In this document: positions 1 to 9,901 of the stretch, in pieces | Position numbering within the stretch: the first letter of the stretch is position 1 | Layout of the letters: each line of letters begins with the position of its first letter | Assembly: GCA_963819815.1 (NCBI GenBank) | Contig: CAWFXL010000001.1 | Location: 288,001-352,000, forward strand | Direction: 5' to 3' | Source: an uncultured bacterium | Lineage (GTDB): Bacteria; Babelota; Babeliae; Babelales; Babelaceae | DNA: 64,000 bases | Translations under genes and position numbers: made by a program | The notes under the pieces: model-generated | Told to the model about the DNA's origin: nothing | The model's input: the letters and a program-made list of their open reading frames with translations, nothing else | The model's database searches: none

Positions 1-452
1 GGTATCAAACTGGAAAAGACATTCTTTATGAGTATGCGGAGCATATAGAAGATGCCTATCTTTCTTTTTTGGTCGATATACATGATAGATCGATACGTAA
101 GGTTCGTGCTAACCCGAAAAAAATATATGCAATAGATCCAGGATTAGTGAGATCCCTTGTGCTTAATTTCAATAGAGATATGGGAAGACTCTTTGAAAAT
201 GTTATCTTTCTTGATTTGAAGCGGCTTGGATGTACTATAAGCTATTATTTTACGTCAAAACGCAACGAAATAGATTTTGTGGTGGAAACTCCACGAGGGG
301 ATAAAAAATGCTTGCAGGTAGTGTGGGAGCAAGACCATACACTAACTTTTGAACGAGAACAGCGGGCACTTGAAGAAGGCATGAAAGAATTACACGTTGA
401 GGGTGAAATAATAACACTCGATTCATACCTTGAAAAGGGATTACCTCTTTAG
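1..452 (+). CDS. AAA+ ATPase, DUF4143 family, C-terminal part (5' truncated by window edge)
   Basis: Frame open from nt 3 (YQTGKDILYEYAEHIEDAYLFF...). Motifs PKKIYAIDPGL, GRLFENVIF and EIDFVV...LQV are typical of the DUF4143/PD-(D/E)xK C-terminus. Confidence 0.85.
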   Translation, partial: YQTGKDILYEYAEHIEDAYLSFLVDIHDRSIRKVRANPKKIYAIDPGLVRSLVLNFNRDMGRLFENVIFLDLKRLGCTISYYFTSKRNEIDFVVETPRGDKKCLQVVWEQDHTLTFEREQRALEEGMKELHVEGEIITLDSYLEKGLPL

Positions 453-576
453 CCCGGAAACTTCCCGATTATTCAGTGCCGTATTCATAACACAAGATCA
501 TTTCCTTATTCTCAAAGAACGGGATTTAAGGTATACTTCACAAGTAAGTTTATATTGATTTACCAAAGGTGCACCG

Positions 577-1044
577 ATGAAAATGTTACGCGTATTCTTA
601 TTACAAGATGTCGAGAATGTTGGTATGGCTGGCGAGATTATTAAAGCGGCTGAAGGGTTTGCTCGAAACTATCTGATACCCAGAAAACTAGGCCAAGAAG
701 TAACGATGAAAAATGAAGCTTCGTTTGCTCACCGTGTAAAAACGATTGAAAAGCGTGAAGAAGTGGTTGCTACAAAGACCTCTATGCTTGCAGAAAAAAT
801 TAAAGGCGTACAGTTGGTACTCAAGCGTAAAGTCCATGATGATGATCAACTCTATGGCTCGATAAGTCCTCGTGAAATTGTTGATGAGCTTTCTGCTCAG
901 CAAAATATCACCATTTCAAATAGCCAGGTGATTATCGATAAAGCCATTAAGACTAAAGGCCTGCATACGGTTATCATTAAGTTATCCTCTAAATTGCAGC
1001 CAACGCTTAAAATAAAAATTGTTCCTGAAGCTACTACTGCGTAA
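577..1044 (+). CDS. rplI: 50S ribosomal protein L9
   Basis: VFLLQDVENVG...GFARNYLIP and LYGSIS signatures; adjacent to dnaB. Confidence 0.97.
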   Translation: MKMLRVFLLQDVENVGMAGEIIKAAEGFARNYLIPRKLGQEVTMKNEASFAHRVKTIEKREEVVATKTSMLAEKIKGVQLVLKRKVHDDDQLYGSISPREIVDELSAQQNITISNSQVIIDKAIKTKGLHTVIIKLSSKLQPTLKIKIVPEATTA

Positions 1045-1046
1045 CT

Positions 1047-2411
1047 ATGCAAAAAACTGGTACTCAAAAAAAACAGAAGAGTGGACTTGCCGAGCGTGTG
1101 CTTGGCAGGACACTTCCTTTTAGTATAGAAGCAGAACGAGCAGTACTTGGCTCTTTGCTGCTTCATGATGGCTACTTTGCTGCCATCGCGGATGTACTGG
1201 TTCCCCAGGATTTTTATAGCTTAGCTCATCAGACTCTGTATAAGAGTATGCATGAAGTAGTCGCACGCAGAGAGCGACTTGATATGATTACGCTGCAAGA
1301 TGAGCTTGAAAAAAAAGATGTGCTTACTCAGATCGGTGGGATCTCCTATCTTCTATCGTTACAAGAAGATATTGCCTCAGTAGGGCTCATTGAACAGCAT
1401 GCAAAGATTATCAAGGAAAAAGCGGTACTACGTGAGCTCATTCAGTCAGCTACCGATATCATTACCAACTGCTATGCGCAGGATGATAAAGAAATAGAGA
1501 CCGTCCTTGATGAAGCTGAGCAGACGATCTTTAGAATATCTCAAAAGCGGGCACAGCAGAGCTTTGTTAAAATCGATGTCTGCCTTAAAAAAACCTTTGA
1601 GCATCTTTCTAATATACAGTCGCACGATAAAACGATTACCGGTGTAGCAACCGGTTATAAGAAGCTTGATGAGATGACTAACGGGTTCCAACCAAGCGAC
1701 TTTGTGGTACTTGCTGCTCGGCCATCGATGGGTAAGACTGCACTTGCCATGTGTATTGCTCGACATGCAGCTGCCCAGAATCTCTCAGTAGGATTCTTCT
1801 CACTTGAGATGTCTGCAGAGCAGCTCACCTTGCGTCTGCTTTCAGCAGAGGCGGGTATTCCCCATCAAAAGATTCGTAATGCGAATATCAGCTCTGAAGA
1901 GTGGGTAGAACTTACCTACGTAGCTGCGCGGTTCGGTGCTATGAAGATGTTTATTGATGATACCGCCATGCAAACTATTATGGATATCCGCACTAAGGCG
2001 CGCAAACTCAAGGCGGAGCAAAATCTTGATATGCTTGTTATTGACTATCTCCAGCTCCTGCATGGTCACCGCCAATATGAAAATAGGCACCAGGAAGTAT
2101 CAGATATTTCACGGTCGTTAAAAGCGTTAGCCAAAGAGCTTAATATTCCGATTGTAGCCTTATCGCAGCTTTCTCGAGCCGTTGATAGTCGTGTTGATAG
2201 AAGACCGATGCTTTCCGATCTTCGGGAATCGGGAGCTATTGAGCAGGATGCTGATCTTATTATGTTCTTATATCGTGATGTAGTGTACAACCCCGACACA
2301 GAAAATCCTGCGCTTGCTGAGCTTATTCTTGGTAAGCATCGTAATGGTCCGACGGGCACCATGTACCTGCATTTCCAGAACAATCTGACACTCTTTCAAG
2401 ATATGGACTGA
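1047..2411 (+). CDS. dnaB: Replicative DNA helicase
   Basis: PFSIEAERAVLG N-terminus, Walker A AARPSMGKT, VIDYLQL, LSQLSR and SDLRESGAIEQDAD. Confidence 0.98.
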   Translation: MQKTGTQKKQKSGLAERVLGRTLPFSIEAERAVLGSLLLHDGYFAAIADVLVPQDFYSLAHQTLYKSMHEVVARRERLDMITLQDELEKKDVLTQIGGISYLLSLQEDIASVGLIEQHAKIIKEKAVLRELIQSATDIITNCYAQDDKEIETVLDEAEQTIFRISQKRAQQSFVKIDVCLKKTFEHLSNIQSHDKTITGVATGYKKLDEMTNGFQPSDFVVLAARPSMGKTALAMCIARHAAAQNLSVGFFSLEMSAEQLTLRLLSAEAGIPHQKIRNANISSEEWVELTYVAARFGAMKMFIDDTAMQTIMDIRTKARKLKAEQNLDMLVIDYLQLLHGHRQYENRHQEVSDISRSLKALAKELNIPIVALSQLSRAVDSRVDRRPMLSDLRESGAIEQDADLIMFLYRDVVYNPDTENPALAELILGKHRNGPTGTMYLHFQNNLTLFQDMD

Positions 2412-2413
2412 GT

Positions 2414-2893
2414 ATGATTATCCTTGGCATAGATCCGGGTTTATCTATAACTGGATATGCGATCATGAAGAAAGAGAAGCAGAAAACCGAAGTCTTAGAT
2501 TACGGAGCAGTCTGTTTTAAGAGTAAAAGTTCGTTAGAAAGTCGTATCGGCACCTTTTATGCTACTTTCCGTGAAAAAATTATCACAGCTCAGGTAACAA
2601 ACATTGCCTTGGAAACACCATTCCTTGGAAAGAATCCCCAAAACTTCCTAAAGTTAGGGTACATAAGGGGCATAGTCTATCTTCTTGCCGATCAGCATGG
2701 TATTGCGATTGAAGAGTTTGCTCCTCGAACCATTAAGCTGGCACTTACCGGATCAGGATCTGCTCAAAAAGAACAGGTCGCTCGGGTTATTACACGACTC
2801 TTTAAAGGAATTGAAACCCCTAAAACCTATGATGTTACCGATGCTTTGGCAGTGACGCTCTGCGGCATCTGGAAAAGCCCTCTTAGTAAGTGA
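2414..2893 (+). CDS. ruvC: Holliday junction resolvase
   Basis: ILGIDPG...TGY, GSGSAQKEQV and DVTDALAV catalytic motifs. Confidence 0.95.
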   Translation: MIILGIDPGLSITGYAIMKKEKQKTEVLDYGAVCFKSKSSLESRIGTFYATFREKIITAQVTNIALETPFLGKNPQNFLKLGYIRGIVYLLADQHGIAIEEFAPRTIKLALTGSGSAQKEQVARVITRLFKGIETPKTYDVTDALAVTLCGIWKSPLSK

Positions 2894-3005
2894 TACCCTC
2901 ATCTTGTGAAAAAACCGAGTAGATTCCTTGCCCAACTCTTGCAATTTAGCGGGGTACTTTTTATAGTACAAGATATGTGAGTAGAAAAAGAATGGAAGGA
3001 GAGCC

Positions 3006-3491
3006 ATGAAGCAGAGACTCGATATTAGTAACCTCAGAAATCTTACGCGTACCCGCAGAAAAACCGGTACAACCTTAGTAGAACAGACTATTATAAACGT
3101 TCAGCAGTACTTTCTTACGCCTGGTGTTCATTGCATTACCATTGCGACCCATGAGCAAGGAAGAAGCCTCTTGCGCGTATGTCTCGATTCCCTGGAAATC
3201 TATACCAATGTCGGTATTGTAACGGTTACCACAAAAAAAGCTCCTGCGCACTATCGTGACATGTACGAAGAGCTCGAGCATGCTCAAGCTCTCTGTTTAG
3301 GAGACGGTCGCCTAGAAGAGTTTATGTTGAGCTCTTTTCAATGTGACTTCTTAGTTCTTGAATATACTCAAGAGCTCCTTGAACAGCCCTGGTTTGGTCG
3401 TTTTGAGCAGCTCTTATCGGAATATTCTGTCGCTAAATCAATTCCGGTCATTATGTTTCTCTATGATGACCAGCAGGTCACGAGAAATTAA
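3006..3491 (+). CDS. Hypothetical protein
   Basis: 161-aa ORF with RBS AAGGAG just upstream; family not recognised. Confidence 0.75.
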   Translation: MKQRLDISNLRNLTRTRRKTGTTLVEQTIINVQQYFLTPGVHCITIATHEQGRSLLRVCLDSLEIYTNVGIVTVTTKKAPAHYRDMYEELEHAQALCLGDGRLEEFMLSSFQCDFLVLEYTQELLEQPWFGRFEQLLSEYSVAKSIPVIMFLYDDQQVTRN

Positions 3492-3625
3492 TCCACGTTT
3501 TAGGTGGAGCAGTAGTTCTCTCAGACAGCTCAGGCTGCTGAGCAGGTATACTCGATGTGTCTGTTTGGCATCATGGTGTAACCTGTGCTATCCTGAGATA
3601 CTGGCTTTTAAGAAAGGACGATCTT

Positions 3626-4895
3626 ATGCTGAATAGAGGCTATCTCATCGGGGTGCTTACTCTGTATGCAGGTTTCAATCATCTATCATGCCTAGAAGGC
3701 TCGGGTTCATATTTTGGGCAGGAAGGTGCGGTCATTATTACGGTTCCGATTGCCGATTGTCTGCTTACGGCAGCCCAGGATATTGACACATCTCTACCAG
3801 GTGAGAGCTCCGGTGAAGGAATAGAAGATTTTTATGCGCACCTTGCTTTTTCAGCTGACTCGGGACCCAATTCATGTCCGCGTGTGCATCAGTGCCTCTA
3901 CCACGAGGCAGGGATAGTCAGGGAAGAAAAGGGTGAAGAGCTTCTCATTGAATTTCCTCACTTTTATTATTATGAGGCAGGAGTAGCACGATCAAATTTC
4001 TGGGTGCACAAAGACTCTGTTCGACCTATCAAGGATGTACCGTCTTCTTTGCTAAGGTACATTCCAGAGCCTTATATCGCCAAAAAAAGTATCCAAGCAG
4101 TGCATGACGTTCTTACGTGCTTTTACCCTGGCAAGATCCCGTAACGTCCATCTGGTATTCTCCAGGTACTCGTTTTGTGCGCAATAGAGCAGCTGACACT
4201 GATTTGCACTACGGAATCTTTGTTGTTGACCATGACAATGACTACAGTACACTCTGCCCTTGTTCATCATAATGATGCTATGATAGATACCCCAAGGACG
4301 CTTGAGCAAACAAAAAAGCTTTTTGTGAGCATACTTCGGATGTGGGTATCGGATGCACAAGGAGTTATTCCCTATGTCTTTGGAGGCTGTAGCTATATAC
4401 AGCGGTCTTCAGCCAAATGACTTTTATAGATGGGAAGGAAAGCGTGGAGATGATCTGATAAGTAATTGGCAAAGACGATGCCCACGTGGAGTACAGAGCG
4501 GTTTTGATTGCTCAGGTCTTATCTTACGAGCGGCCCAGCTTGCTGGGATAACCTACTGGTGCAAAAATACGACAACTATAGGACTGACCTTTAAAGATAT
4601 ACCTCAACAAGAGTCTTTAGAAGAGGGTGATCTTATACTTATTAAAGGGCATGTCATGATTATAAGTGACATTAAAAGAAATCTCTTTATCGATGCGGCA
4701 AGTTATGCAAGTGGCTTTGGGTGCCTTCACGAAGCATCTCTTTCAGATATGTTTGTTGAAGTGGCTACCTATGACGAGTTGCGCAAATATGCCTATGCAA
4801 ACCAGCCTCTCTCGAGGAAACATGCTAATGGCGAACCCTATACAGTTACTCCAACAGTGAGAGTGGTCCGGTTAACCGATCAAGATCAGGCTTAA
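3626..4895 (+). pseudogene. NlpC/P60 (C40) peptidase, frameshifted (pseudogene or sequencing indels)
   Basis: IPYVFGG and GFDCSGLI...EGDLI...GHVMI motifs lie in different frames. Reconstruction needs about 3 shifts (near 4120, 4240, 4400). RBS GAAAGGA precedes ATG 3626. Confidence 0.8.
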
Positions 4896-5046
4896 GCCTA
4901 GAGAATGCTCTGGGCGATTCAATGGTAGTTCCTGAGATCATAGTCTCCCACCACGAAGATTTTATCGTAAAAGTTGGGTGGCCTTCATTCTCTAAGTATC
5001 TATGACAGGCTTATCTCATAACATCCGATATTTTAAGAACAAGCTA

Positions 5047-5075
5047 TTGACCGACGGTCGGTCATTGGGTATACT
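5047..5075 (+). promoter_or_regulatory. Sigma70 promoter with overlapping palindromic TetR operator
   Basis: TTGACC(5047)-17 bp-TATACT(5070). Perfect palindrome TGACCGAC-G-GTCGGTCA (5048-5064) overlaps the -35, directly upstream of the tetR-family gene. Confidence 0.85.
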
Positions 5076-5112
5076 GTACTTCATATAGTAGAGAATGTAC
5101 TTATGAGGAACT

Positions 5113-5736
5113 ATGATCAGAATAGTAAAAAAACCGGAAATACGTAGGGGCGAGATAGTTGCTGCTGCACGTCATCTTTTCCTTACAAAGGAGTATGACG
5201 TAGTAACTATGCAAAATATTATGGAATCTGTAGGCATAGCAAAAGGGACGATCTATCATTATTTCAAGTCTAAGGAAGAGCTCCTTGAGGCTGTGGTGGA
5301 AGATATCATCAATGAAGATTACGTGCGCAAGGAGCTTTTACTGAAAGATCTTAAAGGTACTGCTCTTGAAAAAATTCGTGCACTAACACAGATGGATAGC
5401 TTAGCTGTGCGCTATGATGCCCTGCTTGACCAACTCCATCAACCAGGAAATGCTGGCTTGCATGCACGATTGTTGGCAGTAGCCCTCATAAGAGAATCAA
5501 AGCTCTATGGTGAGTTGATTCACCAAGGATGCAAAGAGAAGCTTTTTTATACAGATTTCCCTCACGAATCTGCGGAATTTTTACTCACGGCAGTTCAATT
5601 TTTGACCGATAGGGGAATTTATCCGTGGACAAACGAGGATCTGGAACGCCGAGCACAAGCATTTCCTGCAATGATTGAGGCTCTTTTGAAAGCACCGCAG
5701 GGCTCCTTTACCTTCTTGCTCAAACGATTAGGATAA
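5113..5736 (+). CDS. TetR/AcrR family transcriptional regulator
   Basis: HTH motif GIAKGTIYHYFKSKEELL. Confidence 0.95.
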   Translation: MIRIVKKPEIRRGEIVAAARHLFLTKEYDVVTMQNIMESVGIAKGTIYHYFKSKEELLEAVVEDIINEDYVRKELLLKDLKGTALEKIRALTQMDSLAVRYDALLDQLHQPGNAGLHARLLAVALIRESKLYGELIHQGCKEKLFYTDFPHESAEFLLTAVQFLTDRGIYPWTNEDLERRAQAFPAMIEALLKAPQGSFTFLLKRLG

Positions 5737-5738
5737 TC

Positions 5739-6560
5739 ATGTATCACTATACCTATAAGCCCGTACAATTTTTTTTGATCGTTTTCTTGATCACGTGGAT
5801 CTTTGGATTTGCTGCTGCATATTTCAGTTACCAGGTAGGGAAAGAGAAGATTATTACTTTATGCCTCATGCTAGGTCTCCTTGCGCCCATCAGTGCGCTG
5901 AGTATCATGCTCATGAGTTCTCGTAATCAAGCACTCATGAACGACTTCTGGAATCGTCTCTCACTGCCGAGCCTAAACACAAGCTTCACATTATCACTTT
6001 GTATCATGCCGATTGTCCTTATACTTGCTACAAGCATCTCACTACTATGTGGGTATTCAGCAGATCAGTTTTCTTTCTCCAAAGAGCTTAACGTTTTACA
6101 AGGACAAGGCTTGTTGAGTTTCTGTATTCTTCTCTTAGCTCCAACGTTAGAGGAAATAGGCTGGAGAGGCTATGGCGTAGATAGTCTTCATAGCTATTAC
6201 ACAATATTTATAGCAACGATCATACTTGCGGGTCTACTGGCCCTCTGGCATCTGCCACTTTTTTTTATTAAGGGGTACTACCAATACCAACTGTGGCATA
6301 CGAACACACTCTATGCTCTTAATTTTTTCGTGAGCATAGTACCCGCTACGATCTTACTTAACTGGGTATATTATACGAATAATCGTAACATCATTGCGGT
6401 GATTATATTTCATTTTAACCTCAATCTTTTTTCAGTGCTCTGTAAAACAGAACAGTTTACAAAATGTATCCTAACCATGCTTCTATGCATCATTTCACTC
6501 ATCGTTATTCTGTACAACAAAGAGCTCTTTTTTAATAAACAGTTTGGAGCAAACCTATAA
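5739..6560 (+). CDS. CPBP (Abi/CAAX) intramembrane glutamic/metalloprotease
   Basis: EEIGWRGY, LWHLP and FHFNLN motifs; multiple TM segments. Confidence 0.92.
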   Translation: MYHYTYKPVQFFLIVFLITWIFGFAAAYFSYQVGKEKIITLCLMLGLLAPISALSIMLMSSRNQALMNDFWNRLSLPSLNTSFTLSLCIMPIVLILATSISLLCGYSADQFSFSKELNVLQGQGLLSFCILLLAPTLEEIGWRGYGVDSLHSYYTIFIATIILAGLLALWHLPLFFIKGYYQYQLWHTNTLYALNFFVSIVPATILLNWVYYTNNRNIIAVIIFHFNLNLFSVLCKTEQFTKCILTMLLCIISLIVILYNKELFFNKQFGANL

Positions 6561-6626
6561 AGGAACCTGACTATAAGCCTCGTATGGGAGCATCAACATC
6601 AGTAAACTTTTAGAAAGGAACACACA

Positions 6627-7259
6627 ATGTCTTTCAACTATCTCTTTTTTGGATTAGCCCTATGTGTCTTAATTTGGGTATCGTGGCGATTCGCATCGTA
6701 TCGTTGGGTAATTCCCTGTCCAGTTTGGCTACACTGGCTCTTAGAGTATGATAACCCGCTGACACGGGCTAATCAGACGAGCGTTATACTAAGTAATCTA
6801 GCTCTAGCTCCAGGCATGAATGTGCTGGATGCTGGCTGTGGTCCTGGACGACTTACGATCCCTCTAGCAAAAAAGATTGGCGTACAAGGGAAAGTAACTG
6901 CCCTGGACATTCAAGCAGGCATGCTACAGAAAGTCCAAGAAAAGGCTAGTAGGGAAGGTATACATACTATTCAGGTGCTTCAAGCAGGGCTTGGAGATGG
7001 TAAACTAGGCCACAATCAGTATGATCGAGCCTTACTGGTTACCGTATTAGGTGAGATTCCGCATCAAAAGGCTGCAATGCAGGAAATATTTGATGCTCTT
7101 AAACCTGGTGGTATAGTAGTAGTTACTGAAAGTATGTTCGATCCTCATTTCCAATCGCAGAGCACAGTACTTCGATTGGCTCAGGAGGTCGGTTTTCGCA
7201 AGAAAGGTGTTATGGGGAACCGTCTCGCCTACTCCATGCAACTTGAGAAACCGCACTGA
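6627..7259 (+). CDS. Class I SAM-dependent methyltransferase with N-terminal membrane anchor
   Basis: VLDAGCGPG motif I and ALKPGG. Confidence 0.92.
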   Translation: MSFNYLFFGLALCVLIWVSWRFASYRWVIPCPVWLHWLLEYDNPLTRANQTSVILSNLALAPGMNVLDAGCGPGRLTIPLAKKIGVQGKVTALDIQAGMLQKVQEKASREGIHTIQVLQAGLGDGKLGHNQYDRALLVTVLGEIPHQKAAMQEIFDALKPGGIVVVTESMFDPHFQSQSTVLRLAQEVGFRKKGVMGNRLAYSMQLEKPH

Positions 7260-7397
7260 GTATAGGTTATTCTCTTATACAGGCAAGACCCAAGGCTGGA
7301 AAGTATTTATTGAAAATTATTGACAAATTGTTTCTATTTGTGTAGTATTGATATAAAGCATACAATTGATAAAAACCACGGTATGAAAGGAACTACC

Positions 7398-7823
7398 ATG
7401 AAACAGTTTATTCTAAAAGCTTTTATTATTCTTGCCCCTCTTTGCCTATCCGCTACACATCTTTCTGCGATGAATACGGCTGCAACGACGACGCCTCAAA
7501 GACCTTCTGAGGATCAGATAAATATAGCTATGGCTGCGGCGAAAAAGGGTGATATCAAAGGTCTTCAATATTTTGTTAATCGATTTCCTGATTTTTGGAG
7601 ATACCGAGATACCTTTGATAATGCAACCTTAACCCATAAGGCTGCAGGACATGGCCAGTTAGATGCACTTCGTTACTTACTTGGAGTTGATCATGAGGGT
7701 AGATCTCTCGAAGCCCAAAATGATGATTTCCTTCGCCCAATGGATATGGCAGTTCTCTACAATCGCCCAGCAGTTGTAGCTTATTTAACAAAATTCCAAA
7801 CACAGCATGGTATTCCTTTATAA
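7398..7823 (+). CDS. Small secreted ankyrin-repeat protein
   Basis: RBS AAAGGAA, signal peptide MKQFILKAFIILAPLCLSATHLSA, and ankyrin-like TLTHKAAGHGQLDALRYLL and RPMDMAV. Confidence 0.8.
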   Translation: MKQFILKAFIILAPLCLSATHLSAMNTAATTTPQRPSEDQINIAMAAAKKGDIKGLQYFVNRFPDFWRYRDTFDNATLTHKAAGHGQLDALRYLLGVDHEGRSLEAQNDDFLRPMDMAVLYNRPAVVAYLTKFQTQHGIPL

Positions 7824-7864
7824 GAAGTGCCTGATACACACAAGAAAAAGCCATTATAATCCTG

Positions 7865-7892
7865 ATCGCGTCTTCCTCCGAAGGCGCGATTT
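7865..7892 (+). terminator. Hairpin, putative intrinsic terminator
   Basis: ATCGCGTCTTC-CTCC-GAAGGCGCGAT stem after the ankyrin gene; short T tail. Confidence 0.5.
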
Positions 7893-8014
7893 CTCGTTAT
7901 AAAGGGTAAAGTAGCTGTCTTCAGGTACTATCCTTTTACTCTCATTGTTTTTTAATATGCATAAAACTTACTTTTAAATCGATGGTTTGGAACATTTTAA
8001 ATATTTTTTGAGCT

Positions 8015-8104
8015 AAGAACAGGGGTTTTCAGTCTTCTGAGGTAAGAAACAGGGGGGGTGTTTTTGTCCTCAGGGGCAAGAAACAGGTGGGGTGTTTTTG
8101 TCCT
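8015..8104. repeat. Direct repeats AAGAAACAGG(G/T)GGGGTGTTTTTGTCCT, 34-bp spacing, plus one degenerate copy
   Basis: Copies at 8044 and 8078, degenerate copy at 8015; abut the AAA+ ATPase remnant. Confidence 0.8.
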
Positions 8105-8113
8105 TTGAAAAAA

Positions 8114-8428
8114 GATTTGCTATACTGGCTCAGACTTGATAAGGGTTCGAACGCTGAGCTAGATTATGTTATCAAACATCATACAAAAGTTATCCCGATT
8201 GAGATTAAAGCAGGAAGTTCGGGTAGTTTAAAGTCGCTGCACCTTTTTATGGATCTCAAGGGATTAACTATGGCAGTGCGGTTTCTTTCATCAGCACCCA
8301 CTAAAATACCAATCAAAATATAACGTAGTGCTAACGAAGACTACATTAGCTATGATCTTCTCTCGATTCCTTTTTATCTCATAAGTGAGCTTCATCGCTT
8401 GATAGACGATGCTTCCAAAATTAAATGA
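8114..8428 (+). pseudogene. C-terminal remnant of DUF4143 AAA+ ATPase with in-frame stop
   Basis: LLYWLR..SNAELDYVI..IPIEIKAG..LKSLHLF parallels the C-terminus of 20838..22178. After TAA at 8321-8323 the frame continues ...LLSIPFYLISELHRLI to TGA 8428. The ATPase domain is absent. Confidence 0.85.
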
Positions 8429-8451
8429 GCTCCACTTGTTTAATCAGAGTT

Positions 8452-8505
8452 TTATAGGAAGGTAAGGGTCATAAATAACCCAAGTACTTTAAATATAAAC
8501 TTCAT
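8452..8505 (-). CDS. 17-aa hydrophobic peptide MKFIFKVLGLFMTLTFL (small protein or orphan signal-peptide remnant)
   Basis: Strong RBS AAGGAG (8511-8516) 5 nt upstream of ATG; below ORF-track cutoff. Confidence 0.45.
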   Translation of the reverse strand: MKFIFKVLGLFMTLTFL

Positions 8506-8703
8506 GAAATCTCCTTAGTTGTAAAGATTTGCTTATCCGGGCTGTATGCCCTAATTACTCTTAGGGCACTCGAAAGAAAATTTCGAAACCAAGAGTTTAT
8601 GGTAGCAATGCAGGAGCGCAATCAGAATGTTCTTTTTTTTCAGCAATTAAAATGCCCCGTTTTTTACCGTTGCAATAACGGCGGCACTTTAATGAGATTG
8701 AAC

Positions 8704-9369
8704 TCAACGAATTTTTACGGCAAAGCTTTTCGATAGTGCATCATAGTCGTTTGGCGTAAGTTTACCGTTTTGTTTTCTCAAAGCAGCAAGATTATTGGCC
8801 TTTACAATGATGGCATCTACAAATTCTTGCGTATCTTGTGCGAAATTGAATTTCACTACATGCCAATGCTCCTGCAGAATGGGAGATTGCATCCACATAA
8901 GAAAAACATTTACCCAAGCGGATATCCCAGAAAGATCAAATCGTGCTGTTGATAGAAAATCTTCAATCGATTGGAAAATGCGCAATGCAGAATAAAGTTC
9001 GATCTGTCTCCTCTTTACTTCATCGTAGCTCTGCGGTAGATGTTTTTGAAGATCGCTATCCTGATTCATACTTGCGTATAAGAAATAACCTTCGGGGAAA
9101 GTGGCAATAAGTTCCTTTTGTGGCCCTAAATAGTTATTTTGTATGTTTTGTATAGTGTCGTATGCGATCCGATTCTTTTCAATCTGCTGATTGTGCTGGG
9201 AGGTTACGTATAAGTTATAAATAACGAGCAAAACTGATATACCAGCCAGATAGTCAACATACAAACTAAACCTTTTGAAACTTGGTAACTCAAATCTCTC
9301 TACAATAAATAAGCCGCCACCGAATGCTATCAGGCTGAGCAGTAATAGAATAATTTCATTTTCAAACAT
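8704..9369 (-). CDS. Hypothetical membrane protein (two N-terminal TM helices)
   Basis: Long ORF; likely start MFENEII with AGAGGA upstream. Confidence 0.7.
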   Translation of the reverse strand: MFENEIILLLLSLIAFGGGLFIVERFELPSFKRFSLYVDYLAGISVLLVIYNLYVTSQHNQQIEKNRIAYDTIQNIQNNYLGPQKELIATFPEGYFLYASMNQDSDLQKHLPQSYDEVKRRQIELYSALRIFQSIEDFLSTARFDLSGISAWVNVFLMWMQSPILQEHWHVVKFNFAQDTQEFVDAIIVKANNLAALRKQNGKLTPNDYDALSKSFAVKIR

Positions 9370-9702
9370 TATGATCCTCTGCAAAGTCATTGTATCAGCG
9401 ACAACGTCCTAGAGTGCACAGCTACTGCAAGTAAGCAACTTACTGGACGATGCTAACAAAATCCCAAGCATTCATTGTGCTATGGATATAGGTGCATGCA
9501 TAGTACACCATACAACAGAGCTTACTGAGAAATCAACAATAGAGGACGAGTGTCGCTTTAAATCACTATGACGAGCGGCTGCAGAATTTGATCTTATACC
9601 TGTTTGGTGTTCAGCGGATCTAGCGTTACGCTGTCAACACTCTCTTTGATATTCCTTGACTACAACGTAGGAAACTCAGGGCATTATGTATGTGTAGCGC
9701 AT

Positions 9703-9739
9703 AAAAAAACCCCCACATCGATTTGCATCAATGTGGGGG
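9703..9739 (-). terminator. Rho-independent terminator downstream of recF / candidate sRNA
   Basis: CCCCCACAUUGAU-GCAA-AUCGAUGUGGGGG followed by U7 on the minus strand. Confidence 0.85.
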
Positions 9740-9798
9740 AAAAAAGGAGAGTAGTAATGAAGCCTAAGTTAAAGTAAATAGTCTTATGACGATTTACA
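9703..9798 (-). ncRNA. Candidate ~95-nt small RNA with anti-SD/anti-start seed and intrinsic terminator
   Basis: Minus-strand TTGACA (9827-9832)-16 bp-CATACT (9805-9810). Contains CUUCAUUACUACUCUCCUUUU and ends in a 13-bp stem with GCAA loop and U7. Confidence 0.5.
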
Positions 9799-9901
9799 TA
9801 TCTAAGTATGTCCTATCTATTTTAAATGTCAACACCAAAAATAAGTTTTTTCCTCTGAAATGAGGGGTTTTCTGCCAAGATATTTTCTATCTGTACTGGG
9901 C

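Noticed and set aside
8520..8600. ykkC/guanidine-I riboswitch
   Set aside because: The 3' GGGCAUACAGCCCGG is only loosely similar and the GGGUUCCG core is absent; kept only as an unassigned structured leader.
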